Source: a virus (taxonomy: Duplodnaviria > Caudoviricetes). Taken from it: a stretch of DNA of 57,545 nucleotides. Within the stretch, counting starts at the first letter, position 1. The number at the start of each line of letters is the position of its first letter. The translations under genes were made by a program, and so were the position numbers. The notes under the pieces were generated by a model. It saw only the letters and a list, made by a program, of their open reading frames with translations. It was not told the origin of the DNA and ran no database searches. The stretch spans positions 1 to 57,545 of the IMG/VR virus record IMGVR_UViG_3300032285_005159; one strand, 5' to 3'. Below are positions 25,141 through 34,027 of the stretch, in pieces.

Positions 25141-27837
25141 ATGATTACTTACGCTGTTGACTTTGAGTCGTACTACGACAAAGACTGTTCTATTTCTGTT
25201 TATGGGCCTCGAGGCTACTTTTCTCACCCAAAATTTGACGCTTACATGGTTTCCGTGGTTGGCGACAACGGCTACGAATTCTGTGGCCACCCCAAAGATT
25301 TTAACTGGACCTTACTTTCTGGAGAACTTGTGCTTAGCCACAACGCTTCTTTCGATGAAGGCTTGTACCTTTACGGCGTGGAGCAAGGCTGGTGGCCTTC
25401 CGTACCTTACTCAGAATGGCATTGCACCGCAGACTTAGCCGCGTTTTTAGGTAAGCCCCGCGCTTTGAAAAATGCTGTTAAGGACGTGTTTGGCGTTGAG
25501 CTAAGCAAAGAAACTCGGGACAACATGAAGGGCTTGGACTGGGCCGCAATGACGCCCGAGTTTAAAGCAGAAGTGCTAGAGTACGCTTTGGATGATAGCC
25601 GTTGGTGCTTAAAGCTTTGGCAAGAACTGCAAAGCCAGTGGCCAGAGTACGAGCGTTACTACAGCGCACACACGCGTAAGATCTGCCGTCGGGGGATTCC
25701 TGTGGACGAAAAGCTTATTGACCATAACGCAGGTATTCTACGCGTTGCCCTTTTTGAAGCCCAGCAAGCTATTCCTTGGCGCGACTCCGGCGCGTTGCTT
25801 AGCCGAACCGAAGCCAACAAGGCTTGCCGTGCGGCCGGAATTACCCCGCCAAAGAGTTGGGCAATGGGAGACGAGGAGTGCGAGGCTTGGCTTGACGCCA
25901 ACGCTGAAACGTTTCCTTGGGTTTTTGCAGTGCGTGGATACCGCCGAATTAACGCGCTTCTTAAAAAGGTTGAAGCGTTTGAAAAAGGTACGAGTAATGA
26001 AAGGTACTACGGCGGCCTAATGTACTGTGGGGCCCACACCAAACGTTTTAGCGGAAGCGGCGGCAACTTAAACCTGCAAAACTTGCCACGCAAAGAAATG
26101 TTTGGAGTTGACCTACGCGGTCAAATTAAGGCTCCAGAAGGATCCAGCTTTGTTGTTGTTGACCTTAGCCAGATCGAGGTACGTACCCTTTGCTGGTTAG
26201 CCAAGGACTGGGATACCCTAAACGAAATTCGTAACACGGACGATATGTACGAGGCCTTCGCAATTCGGTTCGGCCTTTGGAGCAAGGACCAAGGATCAAT
26301 GAAAGAGCTAAACCCAAACCTGCGCCAAACCGTAAAGGGCATGGTTTTGGGTTGCGGGTACGGTGCCTCGGCCAAGAAGTACGCAATGATTATGAAGTGC
26401 AGCTTGGAAGAAGCCACAAAAAGTGTAAGGCTTTACCAAACCAAAATGAACAAGGTTGTGGAGCTATGGCGCAAGTTTGAACGCGAAATTAAAATGTCGT
26501 CCAAGTCCGGTGAGTACCGCGTTGAGCTACCCAGCGGGAACGCCATGCACTACAAAAGCGTTAGCAAAACCGCAGATGCATTGGTTTGCACAATGGTGCG
26601 AAATGGACGGCCTGTTCTAGTACGTCCTTGGCACGGAATGCTTACCGAGAACTGCTTAATTGGTGAAACTAATATTTTATCAAAACAGCGCGGATGGATT
26701 CAAATTCAAGACGTACGTTTAGATGATAAACTTTGGGACGGTTTAGACTTTGTTGAACATAAAGGTCTAATCAACTCAGGTATTCAAGAAGTTATTCAGT
26801 GCCACGGTGTTACGTGTACCCCAGAACACCAATTCCTACTTGAAGATAATTGGACTTCTGCCGAAAAAGCTAGACATCTAAAATTAAGTTTGGTACGTTT
26901 ACCGCATGAAGTTAACAAACAAAGCAAAGAATTATGCCGGAATAAAGTTTGGGACCTGCTTAGTGGTAAGACCTATTGGGAAACACATACGAAATATTAT
27001 TTGGGAGCTACAATGCGATTGTGGCAAAAAAGTGAATCGTTTATCCGGAGAACTTGTAACTGGGAAGTTTTGCTCAAAAACTTGTCCACTGCTTTCTTCC
27101 AAAATTTCGGAACAAAATTCTACGCACAAAAAAAGCAAACACAAACTTTTTTCAGTGTGGCGTTCAATGAACGACCGTTGTCGGCTAACAACACATCAAG
27201 CTTGGAAGAACTATGGGGGTCGTGGAATTACAGTATGCCAAGAATGGCAAGATTCATTTCAGGCATTTTGGGATCAAATGTACCCATCATGGTCGGAGGG
27301 CCTTTGCTTAGACCGCATAGACAACAACAAGGGCTACTCTTTCGAAAACTGTCGATGGGCAACTTATCAGGAAAATATGCGGAACACTCGACACTCACGA
27401 ATTCCCGGTTGGGTCTTGGATCAAAGCGACAAAAATGGAATTGCACGATCAACGCTTTTATTCAGAATAAATGCTGGAGTGTCTTTCGAAATAGCAAGCA
27501 CCCTGAAACCGAGTCATTCAAACAGGTATTCGACATCAGAGACTGCGGACCTAGAAATAGATTTGTCGTGCGCGGAAGCCAAGGCCAAATTTTAATAGCA
27601 CATAATTGTAGCCAGAGCTTGGCCAGAGATATTTTTTGCTACCACCTACGCAAGATCGAGGAGGCAGGACACAAAATCATTTTGCACGTACACGACGAAG
27701 TGGTAATTGAGTGCGCGGACGCGGACGCACAAAGCACTTTAGCCAACGTGGTTGCGCTTATGCGTACGCCGCCGCCTTGGATCCCAGACATTCCTTTGGA
27801 CGCAGAAGGCCACGTTGTTAAAATTTACACCAAATAA
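25141..27837 (+). CDS. polA: Family A DNA polymerase with 3'-5' exonuclease, interrupted by an intein (~580 aa after splicing)
   Basis: Exo VDFES, HNASFD, YALDD; pol NLQNLPR, DLSQIEVR, RQTVKGMVLGCGYG, TEN[intein]CSQSLARD, HVHDEV. Confidence 0.93.
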   Translation: MITYAVDFESYYDKDCSISVYGPRGYFSHPKFDAYMVSVVGDNGYEFCGHPKDFNWTLLSGELVLSHNASFDEGLYLYGVEQGWWPSVPYSEWHCTADLAAFLGKPRALKNAVKDVFGVELSKETRDNMKGLDWAAMTPEFKAEVLEYALDDSRWCLKLWQELQSQWPEYERYYSAHTRKICRRGIPVDEKLIDHNAGILRVALFEAQQAIPWRDSGALLSRTEANKACRAAGITPPKSWAMGDEECEAWLDANAETFPWVFAVRGYRRINALLKKVEAFEKGTSNERYYGGLMYCGAHTKRFSGSGGNLNLQNLPRKEMFGVDLRGQIKAPEGSSFVVVDLSQIEVRTLCWLAKDWDTLNEIRNTDDMYEAFAIRFGLWSKDQGSMKELNPNLRQTVKGMVLGCGYGASAKKYAMIMKCSLEEATKSVRLYQTKMNKVVELWRKFEREIKMSSKSGEYRVELPSGNAMHYKSVSKTADALVCTMVRNGRPVLVRPWHGMLTENCLIGETNILSKQRGWIQIQDVRLDDKLWDGLDFVEHKGLINSGIQEVIQCHGVTCTPEHQFLLEDNWTSAEKARHLKLSLVRLPHEVNKQSKELCRNKVWDLLSGKTYWETHTKYYLGATMRLWQKSESFIRRTCNWEVLLKNLSTAFFQNFGTKFYAQKKQTQTFFSVAFNERPLSANNTSSLEELWGSWNYSMPRMARFISGILGSNVPIMVGGPLLRPHRQQQGLLFRKLSMGNLSGKYAEHSTLTNSRLGLGSKRQKWNCTINAFIQNKCWSVFRNSKHPETESFKQVFDIRDCGPRNRFVVRGSQGQILIAHNCSQSLARDIFCYHLRKIEEAGHKIILHVHDEVVIECADADAQSTLANVVALMRTPPPWIPDIPLDAEGHVVKIYTK
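26653..27606 (+). mobile_element. Intein (318 aa) in PolA
   Basis: Starts CLIGETNIL (block A), has TCTPEHQF (block B, TxxH), ends VFDIRDCGPRNRFVV...IAHN followed by +1 Cys. Removal restores the LTEN-CSQSLARD polymerase motif. Confidence 0.9.
26906..27595 (+). CDS. HNH homing endonuclease in the +1 frame inside the intein
   Basis: W.LQCDCG, WRSMNDRC, YGGRGITVCQEW, LDRIDNNKGYSFENCRWAT..EN.RN. The offset from the polA start is 1765 nt (+1 frame). Confidence 0.85.
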   Translation: MKLTNKAKNYAGIKFGTCLVVRPIGKHIRNIIWELQCDCGKKVNRLSGELVTGKFCSKTCPLLSSKISEQNSTHKKSKHKLFSVWRSMNDRCRLTTHQAWKNYGGRGITVCQEWQDSFQAFWDQMYPSWSEGLCLDRIDNNKGYSFENCRWATYQENMRNTRHSRIPGWVLDQSDKNGIARSTLLFRINAGVSFEIASTLKPSHSNRYSTSETADLEIDLSCAEAKAKF

Positions 27838-27882
27838 TTGCTTGACCAAGAATCAAGCACCAAGTAACAAGAATCAAGTTCC

Positions 27883-30021
27883 ATGAAATATTACTCAATT
27901 CCAAACCTCAGAGCCAACGCCGCCGCACCTTTTGATCCAACAACGTGGGCAGGTAATTACCCAGACCTAAAAAGCAAGTCCGCGTTTCGGGCTTGGTGCG
28001 CTAGCGTAGATACCAAGCACGCATTTATTTCAGGTGTAGAAGGTGTAAACCCAAACGAGCGTGTTGGGACCCAGAACCCACCGTGCAAAGTACACGCGTT
28101 CGTTGTGGATTACGACGTGCCAGTTGACTGGACCACGCTTAAGGATACAATAGACAAGAAGCGTGGTACTGGTCCAATGCCCACGTGGGCTATTAAAACT
28201 TGGTCCGATCACTTGCGGTTGGTGTGGGAGCTGGAAGAGCCTTTAATGGTTACCGAAGATACGGCCGAGCTAGTTCTTGAGCAGCTTAGCAAAATCGTTA
28301 ATGCGCCAAAGCTTTACGCTGGATATGATTCGGCTAGTACCAAACCAAGCCAGTACTACGAGGTTGGCACAAACTGGAAAAACTTTGGCGGTCGTATTTC
28401 TACTGGAGACGGCTTAACCGCGTTGTTTAAGGTAGGATCGGGTAAAAAAGTAGTTACGGACGTATCGGTTCCGTTGGACGTAGTGGCCGCTGAAGTTGCG
28501 GAGCGTTGGCCGAACCGTTGGAAAGGCGAGTTTGTAGAAGGCTCGCGCGGACCATTATTCTGGATCGAGGACGGCGTTGAACGCGAAGGCGCAATGGTTA
28601 AAGCTGACGGCATGATCTGCTATAGCGACCGGGCCGGAGCACCTTTTGTTACTTGGCGTGAGATCTTGGGCAACGGCTTTGTTCAGAAGTATGAAACCAA
28701 AAGGCTAGTAGAAGGCGTTAGCGATATTTGGTACGACGGCCGGGACTTCTGGATTACTGGTCCTTTGGGCCCAATCCGTAACATCCGAGACAACGTAATT
28801 CTGCATCTTAAAATGGCTGGTTTTAGCCAAGAAAAAAAGAAGGGTCAGAAAGTAACTGAAATCGAAAGCGCGTTGCACCACATTATTACGCACAACCGCG
28901 TGGACGGTGCGGCTCCTTTTGTGTTCCGTGAAGAACGTTTAATCGTTGAACCAGACGGCCGACGCTTGGTTAACACTAGCCGCTGCAAGGCCTTGGTTCC
29001 CGCCATAACTGGTGAGCCTTCTGACTGGCCATGGCTGCATAGCTTCTTCCAAAGGTTCTTTGACCCAATTGCAGACGAGCTCGGTTGTACCCCTTTGGAC
29101 TTCTGGTACGCATGGCTTAGCCGGGCTTACCAAGCGTCGTACTACAAGCGTCAGCTTAGCGGCCACGCCGTTATTATTGCTGGACCTCCCCGGCGCGGTA
29201 AGACCTTGCTTAGCCAGTTTATTGTTGGCAGCTTGCTTGGAGGCCACGCCGACGCAAGCGAGTACTTAAGCGCAAAGACTACGTTTAACAAAGCCCTAAG
29301 CGAGGTTCCAGTTTGGACCGTGGACGACTCTGTTTCGGCAACGAACTTTGCGGACCACCGTAAGTTTGTGGAAATGCTTAAGAAGCTTGTTGCTAACCCG
29401 CGCATTCAAGTTGAGGCAAAGTACGCGGACCGCACTGATATTAACTGGTACGGCCGCGCCATTATTACCTTGAACGAGGATGCCAACAGCTTAAGCATGA
29501 TTCCAACCTTAGAAAGCTCTAACCGCGATAAGCTTATGGCTTTCCGCATTGCACAGAACTCGTGCCGCGAGTTCTTGCCAAACGAACAGCAGGAGTCTTT
29601 AATCCGGCGCGAGCTTCCATTCTTTGCGCGTTGGCTATTGGACTACGAACCGAACCAAGCTGTTTTAGGTAGCGCACGTTATGGCGTGCGGAGCTACTTC
29701 CACCCAATGGTTGAGAATTCTGCACGGGATTCCAGTACAAGACAGGGATCTACGGAGCTCCTAGACATTTTCCTTAAGTACTACTCGGACGCTAATCCGA
29801 ACCATGAAGTGTGGACTGGTACCACAACCCAGCTAATTGTAGAGATTAACCGCATTGACGAGCTTCGAGGCTTTCCTGTGGTGCGCGAGCCAATGCGCTT
29901 GCAGCGGGACCTTAGCAGTGCCGAGGAGTACTCTGCAAGTAACGCTTCGGCCCGGAAGATTAGTAGTATGTCAACTGGAAGCGGCCGGATCTGGACAATC
30001 CAAATTAACAAGGATGCATGA
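27883..30021 (+). CDS. Primase-helicase (AEP-like N-terminus, SF3-like NTPase C-terminus)
   Basis: FVVDYD...HLRLVW; IIAGPPRRGKT Walker A, WTVDD Walker B, IITLN. Confidence 0.8.
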   Translation: MKYYSIPNLRANAAAPFDPTTWAGNYPDLKSKSAFRAWCASVDTKHAFISGVEGVNPNERVGTQNPPCKVHAFVVDYDVPVDWTTLKDTIDKKRGTGPMPTWAIKTWSDHLRLVWELEEPLMVTEDTAELVLEQLSKIVNAPKLYAGYDSASTKPSQYYEVGTNWKNFGGRISTGDGLTALFKVGSGKKVVTDVSVPLDVVAAEVAERWPNRWKGEFVEGSRGPLFWIEDGVEREGAMVKADGMICYSDRAGAPFVTWREILGNGFVQKYETKRLVEGVSDIWYDGRDFWITGPLGPIRNIRDNVILHLKMAGFSQEKKKGQKVTEIESALHHIITHNRVDGAAPFVFREERLIVEPDGRRLVNTSRCKALVPAITGEPSDWPWLHSFFQRFFDPIADELGCTPLDFWYAWLSRAYQASYYKRQLSGHAVIIAGPPRRGKTLLSQFIVGSLLGGHADASEYLSAKTTFNKALSEVPVWTVDDSVSATNFADHRKFVEMLKKLVANPRIQVEAKYADRTDINWYGRAIITLNEDANSLSMIPTLESSNRDKLMAFRIAQNSCREFLPNEQQESLIRRELPFFARWLLDYEPNQAVLGSARYGVRSYFHPMVENSARDSSTRQGSTELLDIFLKYYSDANPNHEVWTGTTTQLIVEINRIDELRGFPVVREPMRLQRDLSSAEEYSASNASARKISSMSTGSGRIWTIQINKDA

Positions 30022-30308
30022 AACTTCGACACTCACACACACTTATGGATAACACATTAACGTTTGCCCTTTACGGACAAGATTGGAGGCTTGAACTTAA
30101 CGCCACTATGGTTAGCGGTCCAGAAGACGTGGACGTAGACTTAGAGTGCTTTGGAGCAGTACCCGTAGAAGACCAAGAGTATGCCTTGGTTTGGGTAGAC
30201 TCTTGCGCAGACTTAGTTGTGGAAGACTTTATGGTCCCACCATTTATTGAAATCCACAGAGAATTCAAAGAGATGCTGCTTGAAGGATTCGCCTTGCAAA
30301 GCAGTTAG
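30018..30308 (+). CDS. Acidic hypothetical protein, 96 aa
   Basis: ATGA overlap; last + strand gene before the convergent structural block. Confidence 0.55.
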   Translation: MKLRHSHTLMDNTLTFALYGQDWRLELNATMVSGPEDVDVDLECFGAVPVEDQEYALVWVDSCADLVVEDFMVPPFIEIHREFKEMLLEGFALQSS

Positions 30309-31267
30309 TATTGGTTTCGCGTTGCGTAGATCCCTTCTCCGTAGAGCTGGAGGTCTAGGCTTGGGCGGGCAGGTCCTCGGTACTGATCGAGCTGCTCGTC
30401 CAAGTACTGGCGGCACTTGCCCCAATGGATTTCAGAGCGTTCCAAGTCAGCGTTGTCCTCGGCCAGAATGGCAAGCATTGCGTGCTTAAGAATGGAGATC
30501 TGCGAGATGTAAACAATGTCGTCGTCATTTTGCACGGGTACAAAGCGTCGTTTGCATAGCACGTGTACAAAGGATCCGGACCGAGCTTGTGGTACGCGGT
30601 ACCTGCGGAACCTTGCAACGCCGTCTCCGGGGCCAACCGTTGCAAAAATCTTTCCGCTAGTTCCATCATATCCTGTCATAACCAGACGAAGATCATACCT
30701 ATGTAAAAGGCCTGAGTATTTAATAGACTCAATACCATTAAAGGTCCCGCCAATATTAAAAGACCCATCATTAACATTATTTGTTTCAACTTGAAGTACG
30801 TTATCCGGATTAGAATAACTAGCTACAGTAATACGTTCATCAAGAGCAAAACTAATTCCAGTTGTATTTGGTGAGTCAGTTGCTGGTGTAACATAAATAG
30901 TTCCATCGTTCGTAAGGTCTGGATCAAGGTCCAAGATCTCGTTTAAAACTGGACGGTACCCATCGTCTACCAAGCCAAAGTTTAGGGTAGAGTCGTAGTT
31001 AGTTCCAACCGCGCGGTAGTCGTGCCAAAGGCTATGCACTCGCGTTGGTTGGCTATCTACCGAAGCAAATAGAACAGTATCGCCTTGGTCAGGCATAGTA
31101 AAGTAGCCGTTGCTACAGTCAAACGATCCTTCAACGGTAAGGTCACGCCAAATTCCCATTCCATAAATTACCTCCAAAGCTTGGTTTAATACGGGCGCAA
31201 CGCTTTGGCCGGGTCCGGTATACGTTGAAAGAGCTTGGCTTAGTTGGCCTAGGGTAGTTGCGTGCAT
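30305..31267 (-). CDS. Virion structural protein (adaptor/tail-tubular-like), 320 aa
   Basis: Helical N- and C-termini (VLNQALE...; ILKHAMLAIL...) around a beta-rich insert; assigned from position and architecture. Confidence 0.5.
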   Translation of the reverse strand: MHATTLGQLSQALSTYTGPGQSVAPVLNQALEVIYGMGIWRDLTVEGSFDCSNGYFTMPDQGDTVLFASVDSQPTRVHSLWHDYRAVGTNYDSTLNFGLVDDGYRPVLNEILDLDPDLTNDGTIYVTPATDSPNTTGISFALDERITVASYSNPDNVLQVETNNVNDGSFNIGGTFNGIESIKYSGLLHRYDLRLVMTGYDGTSGKIFATVGPGDGVARFRRYRVPQARSGSFVHVLCKRRFVPVQNDDDIVYISQISILKHAMLAILAEDNADLERSEIHWGKCRQYLDEQLDQYRGPARPSLDLQLYGEGIYATRNQY

Positions 31268-31393
31268 AATTTTACTTGGCTTTGGTGTTCATTTTCTGGC
31301 GCAAAGTAGACTTCTGGGTCGAGTCTACGCCTGTGCCCGAGTTCAAAAGATAACGAACTTTCTTTTGTACTTTGGAGCTAAGCTTGGCTAATT

Positions 31394-32050
31394 TCATTTC
31401 TGGTTAAAAGCTTGTTTGTACCGATCCTCGAATACGGTTTGGAAAGTCTTTGGCTTCTCGCTTTTAATAATGGCAGCGGCCTCATCCATGCGTTTATAAA
31501 CGCCAGTACCTTTTGCTTTTGACTTGCGGTATTCTTCGTTATCTAAGTATTCCTTTGCAGCCTTTTCAAATTCTTGGTTCTGCAAGTACTTAATGGCCTT
31601 TGGTGAACCAGTAATGTCGCCTCGGTACGCGCCGGAAACCAAGTGAGCTTGAAGCTCGGGCGAAAACTCATTGAACTTATCTTGGCCAACCAAGCCCTTA
31701 ATAAGTTTCATTTTCTCAGTAATGTCCTTTTCGGCCAAAGACTTTGCGGTAGCTTCGTCAATAGTTTTGTTGTAGTACGGACTCTTTTTAAGGTCAGCGT
31801 CTGAGCCGCTACCTATTAAAGTACCAATACCAATAGTCCACTTCTTTTTGTTAGAGTCCTTGTACGGCGCGGCCTTGTAGCCCTCGTGCTTAGTAATTAC
31901 ACTAAAAGCCTTGCTGGGCAAGTTCGGATCATCGTGCGGTGGAATAGGCTCTTCTTCGTCAGGCTTAAACTGCATTTGAATCTGCTCCTGACGCATAAGT
32001 TCCTCATACTCCGCAGGAGTAATTTTGGGCTTTACAAGAATAGGATCCAC
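31394..32050 (-). CDS. Phage lysozyme (GH24/T4-type), possibly virion-associated
   Basis: HEGYKAAPYKDSNKKKWTIGIG (E-D-T triad pattern), FEKAAKEYLD. Confidence 0.8.
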   Translation of the reverse strand: MDPILVKPKITPAEYEELMRQEQIQMQFKPDEEEPIPPHDDPNLPSKAFSVITKHEGYKAAPYKDSNKKKWTIGIGTLIGSGSDADLKKSPYYNKTIDEATAKSLAEKDITEKMKLIKGLVGQDKFNEFSPELQAHLVSGAYRGDITGSPKAIKYLQNQEFEKAAKEYLDNEEYRKSKAKGTGVYKRMDEAAAIIKSEKPKTFQTVFEDRYKQAFNQK

Positions 32051-32182
32051 TTACTTAGCGTTTGGTTTAACCTTTACAGCACCGCTGTGCAGCTCGCGCT
32101 TGAGCTTGCCTTGTTCTTTGCCAGTTAATGGGCTAACCTTGCTAAGCAGGTACGCTACTTGTTTCTGAGTCTTAGTTTTCAC
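32051..32182 (-). CDS. Small basic protein, 43 aa (leaderless)
   Basis: GTG-KTKTQKQVAYLLSKVSPL...; TTGACT-N17-TAATAT ends 6 nt before the start. Confidence 0.55.
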   Translation of the reverse strand: MKTKTQKQVAYLLSKVSPLTGKEQGKLKRELHSGAVKVKPNAK

Positions 32183-32213
32183 GGGCCAATATTACGTTAT
32201 GTAGGTACAGAAG

Positions 32214-32456
32214 TCAAGAAACTGATTTGGTTCCCCGGCAATGCCATTTCTTACGGCTTAAGTTATTTGGCGAGTTCGGGTCGCTTTTCCAGTCGCCTTT
32301 AATGTTGGCGGAACGGGCACAGTACGCGTCGCCTTTGGCTGTACCGGGCCGGATCCGGTCCACGCCGTCCTTGGCCTTACCAGCCTGTCCAAACTTAACG
32401 GTATTTTCACGACCCGTTTTCGGGTTAATAACTGTTTTCGAGAATCTTTTTTCCAT
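32214..32456 (-). CDS. Small basic phage protein (YCARS...W.C family)
   Basis: VKFGQAG...KGDAYCARS...SPNNLSRKKWHC. Confidence 0.7.
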   Translation of the reverse strand: MEKRFSKTVINPKTGRENTVKFGQAGKAKDGVDRIRPGTAKGDAYCARSANIKGDWKSDPNSPNNLSRKKWHCRGTKSVS

Positions 32457-32496
32457 AACGGTTTCTAGGTTAAACATTTAATGCGCAAAAAGCAAG

Positions 32497-32742
32497 CTAT
32501 TTAAACGGTACGGCAGCGTTCAAAGAAGCGCGTCTTCGGGCGCATCCGCCGCAGCCAACTACATTTGTGCCAGCCACAGCGTCCAAAGTTCGGGCTATGG
32601 GCTGCGCCACAGCGGCAACTACATCGCCTAATCCAGCATACTTTTTGGCGGATACTCTAGGAATCGGGTAAGGTAACGGCTTCTCCTGTAACTTGTGGTT
32701 TGTTTCCATAATCAGTTGTTCTGTAGCACTCGTAACGGACAT
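32497..32742 (-). CDS. Small Cys-containing phage protein (start uncertain)
   Basis: GLGDVVAAVAQPIA...CGGCARRRASLN. Confidence 0.55.
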   Translation of the reverse strand: MSVTSATEQLIMETNHKLQEKPLPYPIPRVSAKKYAGLGDVVAAVAQPIARTLDAVAGTNVVGCGGCARRRASLNAAVPFK

Positions 32743-33487
32743 TTACAATTCTTCGCTGGCCCACAAAATCGGGTACGGGAATCTGGTACCAGCTTGAAAA
32801 ACGGTCTGTTCCACCGCCAGCTGCGCCAGTCCATTCATAAGTCTCACCTTCAGTGAAGTATGTACGAAGTAAAGTCGTAGTATTCCAGCCAGTTGGCTCG
32901 TTCAGAATATCCCACGTGATTTTGAAGTACGTGCCTAAGTGCGCATCTGGAATTTTCCAACGGAATCTTGTTTTAGTTACGCCACCTTCAAGTTCTCCTG
33001 CGTAAAGAGATGAAGTACATGAAGTAGATGCGTAAGCACAAGAAGCTGGTTCAGTATCTGGTGGCGGAAATGTGAGATAAGTTTCAGCATCTGCTGAAAT
33101 ATCAGGTATAAATACTTCCTCACTCCATTCATCTACACCTGAATCAGCAATCCATGTAAAGTCATAGGAACAACCCGCATTAGTTCCATCAGCATAGGCT
33201 GGATCTAATCCAGCAGGACCAATTACTCCACACGGATTTTCTACACGATTAAAACCTCTGAAATTTGAAGTTCCCGTAATATAGTTATCGTCTGCGTCAT
33301 AGCAATACCAATTAGCTGTTTTCCATTTTCCAACTAATTGATAACCTTCGGCATAAGATGGTGAGTATAAAACCCAATTCGTTTCGCATTCTTTAGTAGG
33401 CTCCAAACACGAAGGCATTGGGCAGCACCCGCACTGTGCAAGACGAGCGTTCCAGTCGTCAAGAGTCTCGATAACGGGATCAGGCAT
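32657..33487 (-). CDS. Tail/receptor-region protein, 276 aa
   Basis: Cys/Trp/Thr-rich ORF within the structural operon. Confidence 0.55.
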   Translation of the reverse strand: MPDPVIETLDDWNARLAQCGCCPMPSCLEPTKECETNWVLYSPSYAEGYQLVGKWKTANWYCYDADDNYITGTSNFRGFNRVENPCGVIGPAGLDPAYADGTNAGCSYDFTWIADSGVDEWSEEVFIPDISADAETYLTFPPPDTEPASCAYASTSCTSSLYAGELEGGVTKTRFRWKIPDAHLGTYFKITWDILNEPTGWNTTTLLRTYFTEGETYEWTGAAGGGTDRFSSWYQIPVPDFVGQRRIVNVRYECYRTTDYGNKPQVTGEAVTLPDS

Positions 33488-33490
33488 GGC

Positions 33491-34027
33491 TTAGAAGCGA
33501 TGTACAGTGTATGTAGAAGGACAGAAACTCACGCTAATGTTTCCAGATCCAGCTGGCTGGAATCCTGTTTCAGTGAACACGCCTAAGTTAATGTAGCAGC
33601 GTTTTCCTGAAAGATCTGTAGCTGTTGGCACTGTGTTATCAGGGATAGCTACGTAAGCAATAGCAGAAGCCGTTGCTGTAAAACCAGCAAGTAGAACTCC
33701 GTCAACAGCGTATCCCGTTCCAGTTACGCCTAATATCATGTTCGTTCCAGCAGCGTGTTCTGGAGTACCGTCAGAAGCGATGATCTTAATGTCAGGCTCA
33801 ATAAAGTTTCCAGTTCCGCCTGATACTTGACCACCAACTAAGTACGTGTCGCCAGCATCGTCAACGTACGTACCATAAAATGCTCCGCCAGAAATGGATA
33901 CAGTTACGCCAGTAACTTGATTTCGCTCGGTAAGATCGCCTTCGATTTGGTAGCTGTGCGAAAACGAGTTTGGTTGAACTTGCGCTGCTGGCAAATTCGT
34001 ATCAATTGCCTTTACTTCAATAATCAT
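33491..34027 (-). CDS. Tail-region protein, 178 aa
   Basis: Gly/Thr-rich, beta-type; ATGA overlap. Confidence 0.55.
   Translation of the reverse strand: MIIEVKAIDTNLPAAQVQPNSFSHSYQIEGDLTERNQVTGVTVSISGGAFYGTYVDDAGDTYLVGGQVSGGTGNFIEPDIKIIASDGTPEHAAGTNMILGVTGTGYAVDGVLLAGFTATASAIAYVAIPDNTVPTATDLSGKRCYINLGVFTETGFQPAGSGNISVSFCPSTYTVHRF

Noticed and set aside
26653-27606. Group I intron carrying the HNH gene
   Set aside because: The polymerase frame stays open and has canonical intein ends (Cys1, TxxH, His-Asn, +1 Cys), so protein splicing explains the insert.
16839-27837. 2-aminoadenine (Z) genome system
   Set aside because: Only the diphosphohydrolase is present; no purZ-like adenylosuccinate synthetase paralog was recognised.
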